Shown here piece by piece: positions 37,651 to 51,662 of a stretch of 64,000 nt of DNA (the stretch's first letter is position 1; every line of letters starts with the position of its first letter). Source of the stretch: Ptychomitrium polyphyllum (lineage: Eukaryota); assembly GCA_973851085.1 (NCBI GenBank), contig OZ316775.1, positions 14,942,001 to 15,006,000 on the forward strand, written 5' to 3'. Below the pieces are notes generated by a model that saw only the letters and a program-made list of their open reading frames with translations, ran no database searches and was not told the origin of the DNA. Both the position numbers and the translations under genes were made by a program.

Positions 37651-38666
37651 TCACCTCTCCTTCTAGCTCCAAGGTCTCCAAAGAACATGTTACAACAAGT
37701 GCTCATAATTGTAAGAAGTCAAAAATTTGTTGCATGGTGTCTCCAATATATTCTAATTGCCTTTCTTGATTCAAATGGTTCATAGATCCTTGTAACCACA
37801 GATAATGTCCAACTCCTTCTATTTGGGACCAAGCATGAAGTTCCGTATCTTTGTTGTGAAAGTGTCCCTCAAATATTGCTTCTAGATAACGTTTATAAGC
37901 TGGCTTCACTTCAAAAACAATCACCAACGATCTATTGTTGAATATTATTTGATATTTTTTTTGTTCAATCTGTTTTTTATGACGAGCTTGTCGACTAAAG
38001 CTGCTTGGTTGGATTGGCACCATTAGCACAGTATCTGCATTTTAACTATCCATATCTAATATATCAAGCTATTCTCACGGAACCATGATAAATTTCAAAA
38101 TACAAACGACTAATTTCTAAATTATGTCTAGGGCTTTCGAGACTTATGATCTAGGAATTGCTTTCTTTCCTACTTAAAAGCCCAAGCATCAAGAGCCTTT
38201 AAGATCATGCAACCTTACCGAGCCACTATTCTTTATGCTACTATTTTTGGTTTAAATGGATGTTGATGAAACTTACAAACTTTTACTAGTGAATTGATAA
38301 GATTATTAGATCGCTCCCATGTTTCACGTCTTACCTGTGAGTCAAATATTTCTTCCACTTAAAGTTCATGATATTTGTCAATACTGACCACAAGTGGTGG
38401 CAATTGCCTTTGTCTAGGGATACTTGATTCTTTATAGGTTTCCAAAAGTGAAACGTAAAAGACATGATGTTTGTTCATTGATGTTGGTAGTTCCAAACAA
38501 TATGCCACGTGCTTGACTTGTTTTTCAATTGCAAATGGTCCCAATGTGTAATAGTCTAGTTTGTCAAATGGCATACTAGTCTTTATATTTCTTCAAAGGA
38601 GCCATACCTTCTCACCAACTTGCAATGAAAATTGTTCCTTCTTTGTTGCATCTGCTGCCGGTCTTG

Positions 38667-41600
38667 TCATAAAAGAGCCTTGCTTTGAGAAAGCACTGGG
38701 CCTGTGGCTGCTACTAATCACTCAACAAGTTGACAAGATGGTATTTATCTAATTATATAAGCAAAAGAGTTCTTTGATCATGTTTTTAAAGCTTTGTAAA
38801 GATCACAACCCAAACCCAAACCATAACTACATAGTGCCATCATAAATCCGCATACAGTTTTGCTCATATTTCCTATTATAAGAATTTAATGAACCTGATA
38901 TTTTAACACTATGTTTTTAAGGCATCTATAAAACTATGGTAAACATTTCATAACCATAGCTACTATAAGCATTGATAACCATGCTTTCAAAGTTCTCACT
39001 TTTTATTGCCACAACTTGTAAACTCTGTATACTTTACTACTTCATGACTTCCTTTTATTACAAATCTAAACTTGAAAATTTACACACATATTACTAATCT
39101 TATAATAAAGACTTCATCAAAATATCAACCTCAAAAATCCCTTCAATCCTCTCTTAGGGCTCAAAATGTACAATTCTAACTTTGTAGTATACAATTCTCA
39201 AAGTCTCGACTACAATTTTTCTTACATCTTCCACTATACAAGCTTTTTTTCCTCCAAATTCTTAAAATATCATTTTGAAGTAGTCAAAATGTTATCTTTT
39301 AAATTTCATAATTAAATTCCAAATACACAAAAAATTATAAGCACCCAAAGCAATTGCTGCCTCAAACTCAAGGCAGCTGATCCAACTTCACTCAAACTAA
39401 AGCTACAATCATACACCAACTCCAAATGAAGCGTGTAATAACATCTTAGAGAGTTAACAAAGGAAAAAAAAAATTCCAACAAAAATCAACTCAAACTTAG
39501 AAGTGTACTATGCAATATGGTCAAAGGAAGGGCTGCTTTAAGTATCAAGTGGGAGAGGCCGAGAGAGAAGAAGAAGGTAGTGGTCAAACTGCCACATCCG
39601 CCTCTTATCACTCCACATTAGCCTTATCTCTCTACATCAGCCCTTAATCTCCTCTACCAAGCCCTTATCTAACCATATCTTCAAATAAAAAACAAACTAA
39701 ATCCTTTTCTTTTGCTTTTCTTTCTTTTCTTTCTTTTGGTTGAAACTTATAGGTTCTAAATTGCAAAGGAAGATAAAACCAATCCTTACAAATCTAAAGT
39801 AGGGAATTAAATTGAAATAAAAGGAGGAAAATAGGAAAAATATTGAAGTTCAATGAATGTAAAGTCACTATTGAGGCAGAATCAAACACCAAGCCACGAA
39901 CTTGGTTGACTAGATAAAGTTCAGTTGCAGAATCGGTCTGAATTTGATTCTTGTTGGATTTCTTGACTAGAATGGCAACACTTGGCTTGGTATTGCAGGT
40001 GAAAACGATATTGTGCTGTAATTAATTATATAGTTTAAATTTTTGAGTACTATTTATTGTTTGATGTATTTAGAAAAGAGTATTAGGAAAACAAAATAAT
40101 TAGATTAAAATAAAGGTTGTGGTGAAACCACAATTTTTATTTATCTTGGAAGTGGAATCACATCTTGTCTTAGCTCAGAGTGATTAGGCTGGTTGACTAT
40201 AATTTTTCCTGCTTGCCATTTTCGCTGGCAATACTAAGTCAAGTGCTGCCGGTCTACTCAACGAATTCAACAAGAATCAAACTTGGACTAGTTCAGCAGC
40301 TGAAACTTATCCAGTCAACTAAATTCATGACTTGATGTCTGATCCTACCTTGACAATGGTTTTATTCTTAACTAGTTTCTTGTTGAATTTCAATGTTTTT
40401 CTTACTTTCTTTAATTTATTTTAGTTTTTTTTAGTTTATATTTTAGACTTGTGAGGTTGATTTTATCTTCTTTGTAGCTGGAGCCTAGAAGTTTCAACCA
40501 AAAGAAAGAAAATAAAGAAAAGAAAAATAAAGGGATTTAGGTTGTTTTTTATTTGAAGATATGGTTAAATAAGGGTTTGATAAAGGAAATTAGGGGCTGA
40601 TGTGGAGAGATATAGCTGATGTGGAGAAATAAAGGGCAGATATGGCGGTTTGACCACCGCTCTCTTCTTCTCTCTCAGCCTCTCCCACTAGAATATGAAA
40701 GCAGCCGTTTTTAGAGTGAGATCTCATAATATACTTCTTAGTTTGAATTACTTTTTGTTGAATTTTTTTTTTTTCTTTGTAAGCTTTTCATAATGCTATC
40801 ACAAGCTCTATTTGGAATTAGTATGTGGTCGTGGCTTTAGTTTGAGTAAAGTTAAATTAGTTGCCTTGAGTTTTTGAGGGCAACTAGTTTAAATGTTTGT
40901 AACTTCTTGTAGAAACGTTTTTTGTAAGTAAAATTTTTAAAAAAAGGTTTTGATTACTTTAGAAAGATGGTGTCAAAATTTGGTGAGCATTGGACTTCTT
41001 GAGCAAAAGATACAAAGACAAATACAACCAGGACATAAAAGCTAGTGTACAGTAGAGTTTGGGACTGTATAATTTGGGTCATTATAGATGATAGAAGGAT
41101 TTTCTAAGGTTGATCTTTTGACAAGGTATTTATTATAAGATATTTATTACATACACAAAATTCAAAGTTTGAATTTATCATAAAAGAAGAGTTATGAAGT
41201 GGTAAAGTGATAGGGGTATATGAGCTGTAGTAATGAAGAATGTAAACTTTGAAGTTATGGATCTTAGAGGGTACTAAGTATTTGGCAACAAAAATTTATA
41301 TATAGCCTACTAAATGTTTCAAAAAGGTTTTATTAAAATTTTAGGTGCTTTGGATTAGTTTGCTAGAAATTATGACATATTTAGCATATGGGATTTTCAA
41401 GGCAGTGTAAAGGGAAAATTTGGAGTAGGGTATTTGCTTCATTGGGTGTTAGAAATAGAAAGTCTTCATGCATCTTGACCTTGATCAATTAGATGCTAAA
41501 AAAGACCCTGTGTTTCCTATAGCTACTACTTTCACCACGACAACAGCAAGCAGGAAAATATAACAGTCAACCGGCGCCTTCACCCTAAGCTAAGATAAGA

Positions 41601-41764
41601 TGCAATTCTACCTCCAAGACACTCAAAACCGTGGTTTTACCACAATCTTTTTTACCTAATTCCTCTTTTCCTCTTAAAACTCCTCACTAAAACACAATAA
41701 ATCAAAATCCACAAAATAATACATATTAGCTAAATTTTAAATCATATAACTATTTATAGCAGGA
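38667..41764 (-). mobile_element. Solo LTR (family B) inserted in the host integrase, itself interrupted
   Basis: Reverse-complement match to the LTR at 54303-55864. TSD TCTTG at 38662-38666 and 41765-41769. Removing it restores the host frame QKQYKPRPAADATKKEQFSLQVGEKVWL. Confidence 0.88.
40009..41537 (+). mobile_element. Family-B-related LTR nested in opposite orientation inside the solo LTR
   Basis: Start TATTGTGCTGTAATTAATTATATAG aligns with 54303 TGTTTTGCTATAAATAGTTATATGG. Closely resembles the reverse complement of 56447-57998. The 3' boundary is approximate. Confidence 0.8.
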
Positions 41765-44700
41765 TCTTGGTTTGTATTGTTTTTGAGTTTCTTCTAGATG
41801 AGTCTTCATGGTTTATTTGAAGCTCTGCCAAACTTGTGGCAAATTCCTTTGCTGCTGAATTCTTAAATTGTAGAGGCTGTAATATATCCATCTTTGGATG
41901 ATGTTTATAGTTGAAGTAGAATGGCAGTTGTTGGGTGGAAGCGTGAGTGGAATTGTTGTAGAAAAATTCAACCAATGTTAAGTAGGAAGTCCAATCATCT
42001 TATTAATAGTTGATGGTAAACTTCAAATATTGCTCCAAAATTTGCTTGACTTGCTCTGTTTGGCCATCGATCTGAGGATGGAAGGAAGAACAAAGTTTTA
42101 TATCCACCTTAAAGATTTTAAAGACTAATTTCCAAAATCTTAATACAAACTGTGGTCCACAATCGAATACAATATTGTTGAGTAATTTATGATAGCGGTA
42201 GACATTATCAATGAAGAGTGTGGCAATCTCTTCATCCATGATTGTCTTCTTGCAAGGTACAAAATGTGCCATCTTGGCCAATTGGTCTACCACAACAAAG
42301 ATGGTATCAAAAGAATTTGATAATAGAAGATTTGTAATAAAATCCATTGAAACAAACGACCACAATTGCCTTGGAATAGGTAGTGGTTGAGAAATTTATA
42401 TGGACGGTGTCAAGGGTTTTTGACCTAGAGCAGATATCACACAAGAGTAGAAACTCCTTAACAGCCTTCCACATTTGAAGCCACCAAAAGTCTCAAGAGA
42501 GGAGTTCTAAGGTTTTGTTGAATCAAAAATATCCAGCCGCAAGAAAGTCAAGACGTGTTTGAAGTATACAAAGGCCAATTGGTCCTTTAAGAATATATAG
42601 ACATTCTTCAAAGTAGAGAAGGTTGTTTTCTAATTTGAGCTTAGACACATCTTTAGGAAAGTTATTGAAAAGATGCTTGATATCAAGAATAGGAGGGTCG
42701 TTGGTAGATGCCGCACACAATTGGTCAAGGAACAATGAATCCACCAAAATTGAAATAGTAGTTGTACGTATACAAAATCATTTGGATTTCAACAAAAGTG
42801 CTTGTTGTTGCTTGTGTGTTGCCTCTTCCTTCTTTGGCGCAGTATATGATTGCTTTGACAAAGCATTTGACAATCTTTGTTGTTTTCCGGCTCGATATGT
42901 GATGCAAAAATCAAATCAAGATAGAGACATACTCCAACAAGTTTGGCGGCAATTTAAAAAACAGGCTGATATGAAATTTTCCAAATTCTTGTGATCTATA
43001 TATACAGTAACTGAATGCGTGGCACCCTTGAGCAAGTAACACCATTCTTGGAAGGAATCCACAATTGCAAGGAGTTCCTTGTTGTGGATCTTGTAGTTGA
43101 TTTTTGTAGTTGAATTTTTTTTGGAATAGAATGTAATTGGATGGAGTCTCCTTTTTCTTCCCATTCATGACAAAACTACTCCTAGTGCAAATCTGGAAGC
43201 ATTTGTTTGAAGATAAAATTGCTTTAAAGAATTCGGATGGACCAAGATAGGAGTTGTGGTAAAAGCTCGCTTTAAACTTTGGATGCATCCTCAGCATCGG
43301 ATTTCCATTCAAGCTTTATTTTGCATGTTATTAGCATCAGTAGTACAGCTCTTTGGAAATAGTCATTAATGAAGATCCTATAGAAATTTGCAAATCCAAG
43401 AAAATATTAGATATCACATACTGATTTTGGCCTCGTCAAATTGCTGATTGCATCAACCTTCTTTGGATCCATCAATAATCTTTTGTTGAAAATGATAAAT
43501 CTAAGGAATTTCACGTGAGGTTTGTAGAATACACATTTCTCCAACTGAGCATACAAACTAGCATCTTATAGCTTTTGTAGGACTATACAGATATGTCATT
43601 CATGTTCCTCTAGATTTTTTGAATAGATCAAGATATCATCTAGATAGTATATAACAAAGTCATCGAAGCACTGCCAAAATAAGTTATTCATCAAGTGCTA
43701 AAAAATGGCGGGTGCGTTGATAAGACCAAAAAGCATGACATTGTATTCAAAATGCTCATGTCTTGTTTAAAATGCCGTCTTCCATTTGTCTCTTTATTTT
43801 ATGTGCACTAAATTGTAGGCTCTGTGCAGGTCTATCTTGATATAGATCTTTGCTTGGCCAAGTTAATCAAGAAGCCCAAATATCATCGGCAATGGATATT
43901 GGTTCTTCACCGTCATTTTGTTGAGGCCACAATAATCAACAAATATTTGTAAAGATCCATCTTTCTTCTTTACATAAAGTATCGGAATACAAATATGAGA
44001 TTTGAATGTTGTATGAAGTTCTTAGCTAAGTTTTCATCATTTTACTCTTTTAGTAATGAAAGTTTTTTTGTGATAAATAATAAATAGGTCCAAATGGTGG
44101 CTAGGTGCCGTTTTAGAGGTCTTTAGTGCAGTCGTAAGGACAATGTTCTGGTAAGGTGTCTGCATTTTTCTTTTTGAATACATTGTTGAATTTCTTATAC
44201 TTTTCTGGAAATATTGAGGATGAAGCCACAAATTTGGATGTTGGAATTATATATACAGCAAAAGAAGCACTAGTCTTTGTTGCTCTCATAAATATTCTAG
44301 CTCCATTAAAAAGAGGTTTTATGGTTTTAGATCTATAGAATGCTTCAACTTCCTCCATAGGCTTAGTAACTACAGGCTCTAATGATGGAAATTTTATTTT
44401 GCAGATTGTCCAATTTATTTGCGGCTTGTACTTTTTGAATTAAAAAAATCCTAAAATGATGGAACTTGACAAAAACCTAATGATATTAAATATCACTTAA
44501 CTACTATAATTGTTGAATGTTATTGTTAATGGATTACTTTCATAAATAACATTTATAAAAGATAACAGTGAACCATTTATGACTTCTACATGGACGGATT
44601 TGGATTTTCTAATAAAAAAAATTTATGGCTTTTTATAAATTCTTTGTCAATAAAGCAAGCAGAGGCTCTTGAATCTATTAGAGCAAGATTTTTGAGCTTT

Positions 44701-46039
44701 TAAACTCCAAAATAAACAAGTATAGTAAAACAAGAGGAAAGATGGGCTGATAGAACATGACCTTTATTTTCTTGCGAAGGAAGTAGATCTAGCAGCACGG
44801 TCCCTGTTATGGCTCAATCTCCTTATTTTCTTGGAAAGCATTTGGTATTGTAATTGTACCTCTCATCCAATATGTACGTAATGGTTTCTCTGAGCAGTTA
44901 TCAACCTTGTTGCTAGATTTTCCATAGTACAAACACAACCTTTTGCTCCTTTAAAAGACTTGAAGCGAACCGCATCAATCTGCATGGCTTTTGCTCCCAA
45001 ATACTTATTAGTGGTAAACGGGGTGGCAACTACTGAAAAGTTGGTATAATGCCAAGGTGTAATCAATGTTTGTTTATCTTGTTGATAATGAAATAGACAA
45101 TTTTGGCACTTCAAAGCTTGGCTGATGGCTTCATCAAGTATTAGGAAGTCTAGCATGGATAATAATAAATCTTTAACCTTGTTGCGTATGCCCCAATGAA
45201 ATTAATTCATCAACGCTTCTTCTTTCCAATTAATGTTGCATGCAAGTTGTTCAAATTTTGATTTATAAATTGGCATAGCATATGGCCTTTGGCGCATGGC
45301 ACAAATCTTTTTAGTTGCAGAATGGAGCTTGTTTTGGTTTCCAAATGCTTTTGCAAATGTGGCTAAGAATACATCAAAGTTGTTAAGTATGGGAGAATTC
45401 TTTTCAAAAAGTGGTACAAACCAAGAGAATGTTTGTGCTGAGAGCAATGTTCCTATCAAGCCAATATGCAAAGCGTCCATAGGATACTATCAAGGTTGAA
45501 GTAAGGTAAGAAGTTGAACTTGGTTTACAAAGCCTCAAAATTTTAAACGCGTACCATCAAACTTCTTTGAAAGGCTGATTCTTGGTTCTTTGGTTGTTGA
45601 CATTGAATTCGTGGCTTGAACTTGTTCATCTTCTACCAAATTAGGTTTTGATGATGAAGCACCTAAGTTGAATTGGGATAGCATTTGCAATGCTTTTGTT
45701 CCTTAATCATTATATATAATTAAGTACTGTTCTTTGTTTTGCTTGGATAAAGTCTTAGTTTTGATCTTCAATGCTTCAAGGGCATTGATAATGGAATCTA
45801 ATTTTGTTTCATTTGGATCTGTCATATTGACTTCTTCACTTGGCATAGAAATGAAATAGAAACAAATAAAAATTGTTAAATACACAAGAAATAAAAGAAA
45901 ATTCAAGAAGAAATATTAGTCCAGAAGAGGGTAGTCCACAACCTCTAGAGTATTATAGTGCTTTTAAGAAAGAAGGGTCATCCACTCTTTATTAAGAAAG
46001 ACCAAGCTTTGATATTGTTATATGATAGTTTTGACAAAC

Positions 46040-46459
46040 TGTTACGGACAGAGTAACCACACAACAAAGCTTCAAGATTCTAAATTGTGGAACAAAATAT
46101 GTCCAAGGTATATTAGAAGTAAAGAACTACAACAAGGTACAAAAGACAAGGCCAGAAGGTTTGATCTAAACTACAAGAGATGTGTTGTCAAGATTGAAGA
46201 TCCCTTCAGCCTTGACTCCTATATATACTAAAACTATAAGCCTAAATCTCTTCTTAGGAAGCTTCTCCTTCATTGCTTTGTACTCAACAACTTAGAGTTG
46301 CTTCCTTGGAAGTTTCCTAAGCTGAGGTAACTTCCATAGAAGTTTCTTATGTCGAAGTAACTTCCTTGAATGCTTCCTAAGCCCAAGGTAACTTCCTTAG
46401 AAGCTTTCTAAACCTTCCATGAATATTTCTAGATGCTTCAAAAATATATGTCCATAACA
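46040..46459 (-). repeat. 5' LTR of the gypsy element (family A)
   Basis: TGTTACGGAC...TCCATAACA termini, homologous to 37291-37650. Confidence 0.88.
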
Positions 46460-46989
46460 AGGAGTTTCTCCACTTAATACCTCCTCCAAATCCTAATTTG
46501 TATTAAATGGAAAAAATTCTTCCTAAAATCAATTATATTACATTCATTTGACATGGCTTTGTACTCAATGTCATTTCTTGTGACAAATTGTTATTAAATA
46601 AAGATTGTTAACACAACACATTGAGTACTGTAACCATAATCAGTTTTGTGGCAAACAAAAATCAAATAGAAGGTGTAATAAGCACACCTTCAAGTGCCTC
46701 CCAAGAAACTAAAACCACAATTATACATAGGTGAAAATGAATGCCACATTGATGTCTTGGTAGTCCATACAAGTTAAGAAAGCTAAAAAAAAGTAATTAG
46801 AGAATTTTTAGGCCAAATACAATGTGAGCTCCATCTTTAATTGTCTTCAATAGTTTTGATGTCAATCCCTTGTCAACCTCCACGCTTAATTCCAATCTTG
46901 AATTTATAACTAGAAATTATCCAACATGTGGCAAATTCTCATAAAATCTTTAGCTCTTATCAATAGGTGAAACAAGGCTAGAAGACTTC

Positions 46990-47400
46990 TTATAATAAGT
47001 GCAAATCCAATTTCCAAAAAAAATAGTAAAAAGAGGTGGAATTAAATATGCCATATGCCAACCAAGTTGACACTAATCATATAATAATATGGTGGCTGCC
47101 CTTTTTTTTATACTACACACAAAGCAAAGAAGGCTAGTTGGCACTATTGTTTACTCAAGATGTATAGCACTATCAATAGGGAGGTGACATAAAATACAAT
47201 TTTTTGAATGCTTCCAACATTCTCGTCCATTCTTGCCTTCCAACAACAAAATACTACTAGGCAGTATATTCTTTACACGTAGAATGGTGCGCCCTACCTT
47301 TACATCAACTATAGTAGGCACTTTACGCTGTACAAACACATAAACTTCTTTGAAGAATCTCCACAATTGAAGTTGATAAGCTCGACTACGGATACAAGCA
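46990..47400 (-). mobile_element. LTR-retrotransposon integrase C-terminal remnant ending in a degenerate PHD finger
   Basis: VYVFVQRKVPTIVDVKVGRTILRVKNILPSSILLLEGKNG followed by CFVC...LLYD*CQLGWHMAYLIPPL...GNWICTYY. Confidence 0.7.
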
Positions 47401-47485
47401 TTTTTGAAGAAATGCAATAACAATAGTATATTAATAAATAAATAAAAAGTAAGGTTGGAATAAGAGAAGTGTGGAGCAAGATAAC

Positions 47486-50400
47486 TGTTGCAACCTTTGT
47501 AATGCACCTTAACAAACGTCATGTACGCCAACCCTATACACTCCCACATATACAAGGTTAATCCCCATTTTTACTCTCCAAGTCCCAAGTTTGATTTTCA
47601 ATTCTTCTTACATATTTCTCATAAGATACCTAATTGATTAGTAGCCAATAGTTAGGTGCGGACTTCCATTCATGTCCAAGGCCTCACTTGGTGTTACTCC
47701 CATTCTACACAGCCTAACCACATTTAGTGGTGTCTCCTTACCACCACTCGTAATCTCCATATAATCCCAAGATCACCTTGGGCCACTATGGTGCCGGCAT
47801 GAAGATGCCACCCTAAATTAGTGTTAAGTAGCGCATCCTTTAGATCTCACTAGTTTGTTTTGTAAAACCGGTCATCCATCGGCTCACAATGGTGTAGGAG
47901 TCCCTGTGGTGAAGCCCCAACATTAGCTCCATCCTCAAGGACTCAGCCTTGGTTCCTACCAAAATATTATGGGAGTAGGGAGGAGAACTAGCCCTTTTCT
48001 ATAATACTTTCTATGGAAAACCACCCGATCCCCTTTAGAACTTAGCCATTAGAAGCCTCCGAAACTTCCTGCGGACCTTCAGAGAGCCATATCTTCTACA
48101 TTTGGTTTCTGAATCTATCAAGTAACCACTCTATTGTCATTTACTCTTTGCATGGATGCCAATAGATTCCTCAAACGTCCAATTTGATTTAGTATTCTGG
48201 AAGATATGATTCTCTTAAGGTTCGAGACTCTTGGGAAGTCCTTCCTTACATTGTCCCAGTCCAGTATAGTCACAGTCTAGGACTGCCACGGTTCAGAACA
48301 GCCCTTGGGCAGCCTCAACTTGGGATATCATATCTATTAGCTTCCTTGTTCAATTTGAACGATCCTTAGCATTTCTAGAATCCACTCTTCATCTAATGCT
48401 TACAACTTCTCTCTCGTGGCTCTTAGTCTTAATGGGCAAGGATGTTTCTCCCCCTCAGAATCTTTCCCTCATTAGGCCCACTCAAGTCACCTTGCTATTG
48501 GCGCTATAAGCTCTAGATGTCACAGCGGAGTCTCTTTTGTGCCATTAGTGTTGCGGGCACTCCCCAATGAGAGGTGTACAACACTCACCTCCACCAAAAT
48601 GGAGTCGATGCCCATTGACTATACTTATAGGTGGCACACCAATTCCAAGGTTGCCATCTTCTATTGGTGTAGTATTGTGTTTCTTCTAAGGTGCAATCTC
48701 TACAGTGCATTCATAAATCTTTGGTAAAGTTCCAAAGGTGTTATTTAAGAAGTGGTCTGTTTAAGCAGCCTAGACAAAAATCTTGGAAACCTAAACTACT
48801 TTAGAACTACCTACTTTGAGACCCTCTTGGAATAGACTCCCTAGTTAGGCTCTACTTCCTAATTCTACCTTCCTGACGAGGATAGATTTCAATATTCTAC
48901 CAAGTTGTCTTGGTTGCAAACTTAAAGTAGCTTTTACTCCACAACTCAATTGTACGGGGATAATGCCAAATTCCACCCAACTTAGATCCTACTATTTCTT
49001 TTGAAACATGGGTTCATGACTTCCATGCACTAATTTTTGTTAGTTTGTAGGAGTGGCACTTTTATGAGCATGTGCCATTACCTTGTCTTCGCTTGAACAA
49101 GCCCGAGACTAAGAGGTTTCATGGTTTTAACCATTCCTCCTCCAAGCCTTGGTCTTCATTATTTGGCCTTTCCAACTTGGTTTTACATGTCTATTCCCCC
49201 TCTTCTACCAACTTAGCACGAGCACAAGACTAGGAAGTCATCTTATATTCTTCTCTTTACACATACAAAAGTTGAACTTTATTGCCATAAATCAAAGAAC
49301 AAATACATGATGTTAAGCAATTACTGCTACTAGCTTCTTGTCCCTACTAAAAGAGATTGATGTCTTTATCAATGCCGACGTTGTCTTTTGTTGGAGTTCC
49401 TATCCCTCTCAAAGTATTCCACCACTTCATTGGCATTTTACAAGTCCTTGGCCGCTATCCAAGTTGCTTCTTTTTCATGGTACACTCTCCACTTCACCAA
49501 ATACTCTTTTCCTATTTTCTTGTCGTGCCTACAGTTGAAAATTCCTTCCAATTTATATTCCAAGAGTCGCCTACTAATTCCAATAGTGGCCAAATTACTT
49601 GCTTGTGATTGAGCCACAAAGTATCTTTTTTGAATGGCTTGAGGAGTGAGACATGAAATGTTGGGTGCACTTTGATTTTAGATAGTAGCTCCAACTTGTA
49701 CACATCTTTAAACACCTGTTCCACAATGGAAAATGGCCTTGTAAACTTGGACATGAATTTTGAAGTGAGGCCTTCTGGCAAGTTAAAGTTTTTCACATTC
49801 AACAACTCTTTTTGGCCATCTTCATACTCCACTTCACATCTTCCAGCGTTGAATTGTTTCTTATACCTCTTTTCTGCCTTTTCCAACAAAATTTTGGTCT
49901 TCTCCAACATTTGTTCCCGCTTTTTGGCCAAGTCCTCACCATCTTGTTTAAATTCTAGTGTTGAATGTGCCCCTTTGAGAGCTAAGTTGGCAGGCTAGAG
50001 TGGCTCTACTCCATAGGCCATCTTAAATGGCAACTGCTTTGTTGCCAAATGATTGGCCGTATTGTAATTAAATTCCGCTTAGCTCACATAATCCACCCAT
50101 TTGCATTGGTCCACACTTACAAAGTTCCTCAAGTATTGATTCAAGACTCCGTTCTTTTGTTCCATTTGCCCATCCGTTTAAGGATAGAAGGCAATGCTAA
50201 ACGTCAATTTGATTCCGACTTTCCTAAAGAAGTGTTTCCAAAAAGCACTAGTGAATTATAGATCTTGGTCCAACATAATTACTCTTAACAACCCGTGATG
50301 TTTTCACCGTGCGTCAAGGAATAGCTTTGCGGTCTCATATGCAGTTACAGTTCTTCTAGTTGGCACCATGTGCTCTAATGTGCTAAAGCAATCCACCATC

Positions 50401-51660
50401 ACAAAGATGACATCATGCCCTTGCAATTTTGGGAGGCTTGTGATGAAGTCCATAGACACGCTATGCCATGGACTTGGCAGGATTGACAAAGGTTGTAATA
50501 GACCGGCTTGCTTTTGGAAAGAGACTCGATTGAGTTGGCATTTCACACAAGTCTTTACAAAGTTGGCAATCTCCGCTTTCATGCTCGGCCAATAGTACCT
50601 TCTTGACACCGCCGCTATGGTGGTTTTTTTTCCTCTATGGCCGGCTATGGAATTGTCATGTTCTTCTTTCAAAACCAACAACCGTAATTTTCCTTTAGCC
50701 ACATACACCCAACTTTATTTGTACTTGAGTAATCCCTTCACCAATTTAATTTCTTTAAGTTTCTTATCCTTCTAAAGCTCACCAAGAAGCCTCTGTGCTT
50801 TGGAGTCCTTCATGTACCCTACTTTTATCTTTCTTTACAAATTTCCTTCTCCCTTGTACATTAGCCACAAGACTTGGGTTGTGCTCGTTGCTTGCAACTC
50901 TTCTTGCCTACTTAGAGCATTTGACACTACATTGTCACACCTCGGTTTGTGGATCAAATCTACATTCATGAGTGCCAAAGTGTCATGCCACCTCAATTGC
51001 TTTGCACTCATTTGTACTTGTGACTCAAAATACTTCTAGGACATGTTGTCCGTGTAGACTTTGGTTTTATAAAGGCCCAAGTAGTACCGCCATGTTTTTA
51101 AACAATGCACTACGGCAAAGAGTTCTTTCTTGTGCGTAGGCCACCTCTTCTGGCTATCATCCAGCTTCTTGCTCTCATAGGCAATTGGCATGCCTTTTTG
51201 CATGAGCACTTTGCCAATGGCAAAGTCATTTGCATCCGTGTGGACCTCAAAGGATTTTTCAAACTTGAGAAACTTCAATATCGGCAATTGTGACAACTTG
51301 TCTTTGAATTCTTGGTGACAAAGTTCATCCCTGATTTGGCTAGCTCTTTTTTTCAACAAATTGGACAAAGGTCACGCAATTTTGGAAAAATTGCGTATGA
51401 ACCTTGTATAATAATTTGCTAGGCTAATAAATGAGCTTAGCTCCTTTTGTGTAGAACGCTGTTTCTACTCTCTAATTACCTTTACCTTCTTTATGTCCAA
51501 CTTTATTCCTTCATCTATCACTATATGGCCCAAGAACTCAATCTCAAGTTGAACAAACTCATTCTTTTTTCCATTGGCATAAAGTTTGTAGTTCCTAAGT
51601 TTTTAAAGCACTACTTCAAGGTGCCTTGCATGTTCTTTTGCCGACTTGGAGTATACCAAG
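47486..51660 (-). mobile_element. 5'-truncated Ty3/gypsy chromovirus (partial RT, RNase H, integrase, chromodomain, probable long 3' LTR)
   Basis: ILVYSK at ~51660, FEVHTDANDFAIG (RNase H), HDNSIAGHRG...CVKCQ (integrase zinc finger), VSMDFITSLP, VHPTFHVSLLKP, chromodomain EYKLEGIFNCR..EYLVKWRVY..EATW (49563-49433). The LTR (~49330-47486) ends in CA; its boundaries are approximate. Confidence 0.85.
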
Positions 51661-51662
51661 AT

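Larger units (their letters stand above)
37291..46459 (-). mobile_element. Decayed full-length Ty3/gypsy (chromovirus-like) LTR retrotransposon with nested insertions
   Basis: Direct LTRs at 37291-37650 and 46040-46459, TSD GGGAG/AGGAG, PPT GGAGAGGTGA next to 37650. Remnants of gag (~45600-44850), protease (LIDS, ~44680), RT (YLDD 43646-43635), RNase H (~43300-42900), integrase (42365-42003) and GPF/HHVFYVSLLE tail (38574-38359). Confidence 0.9.
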
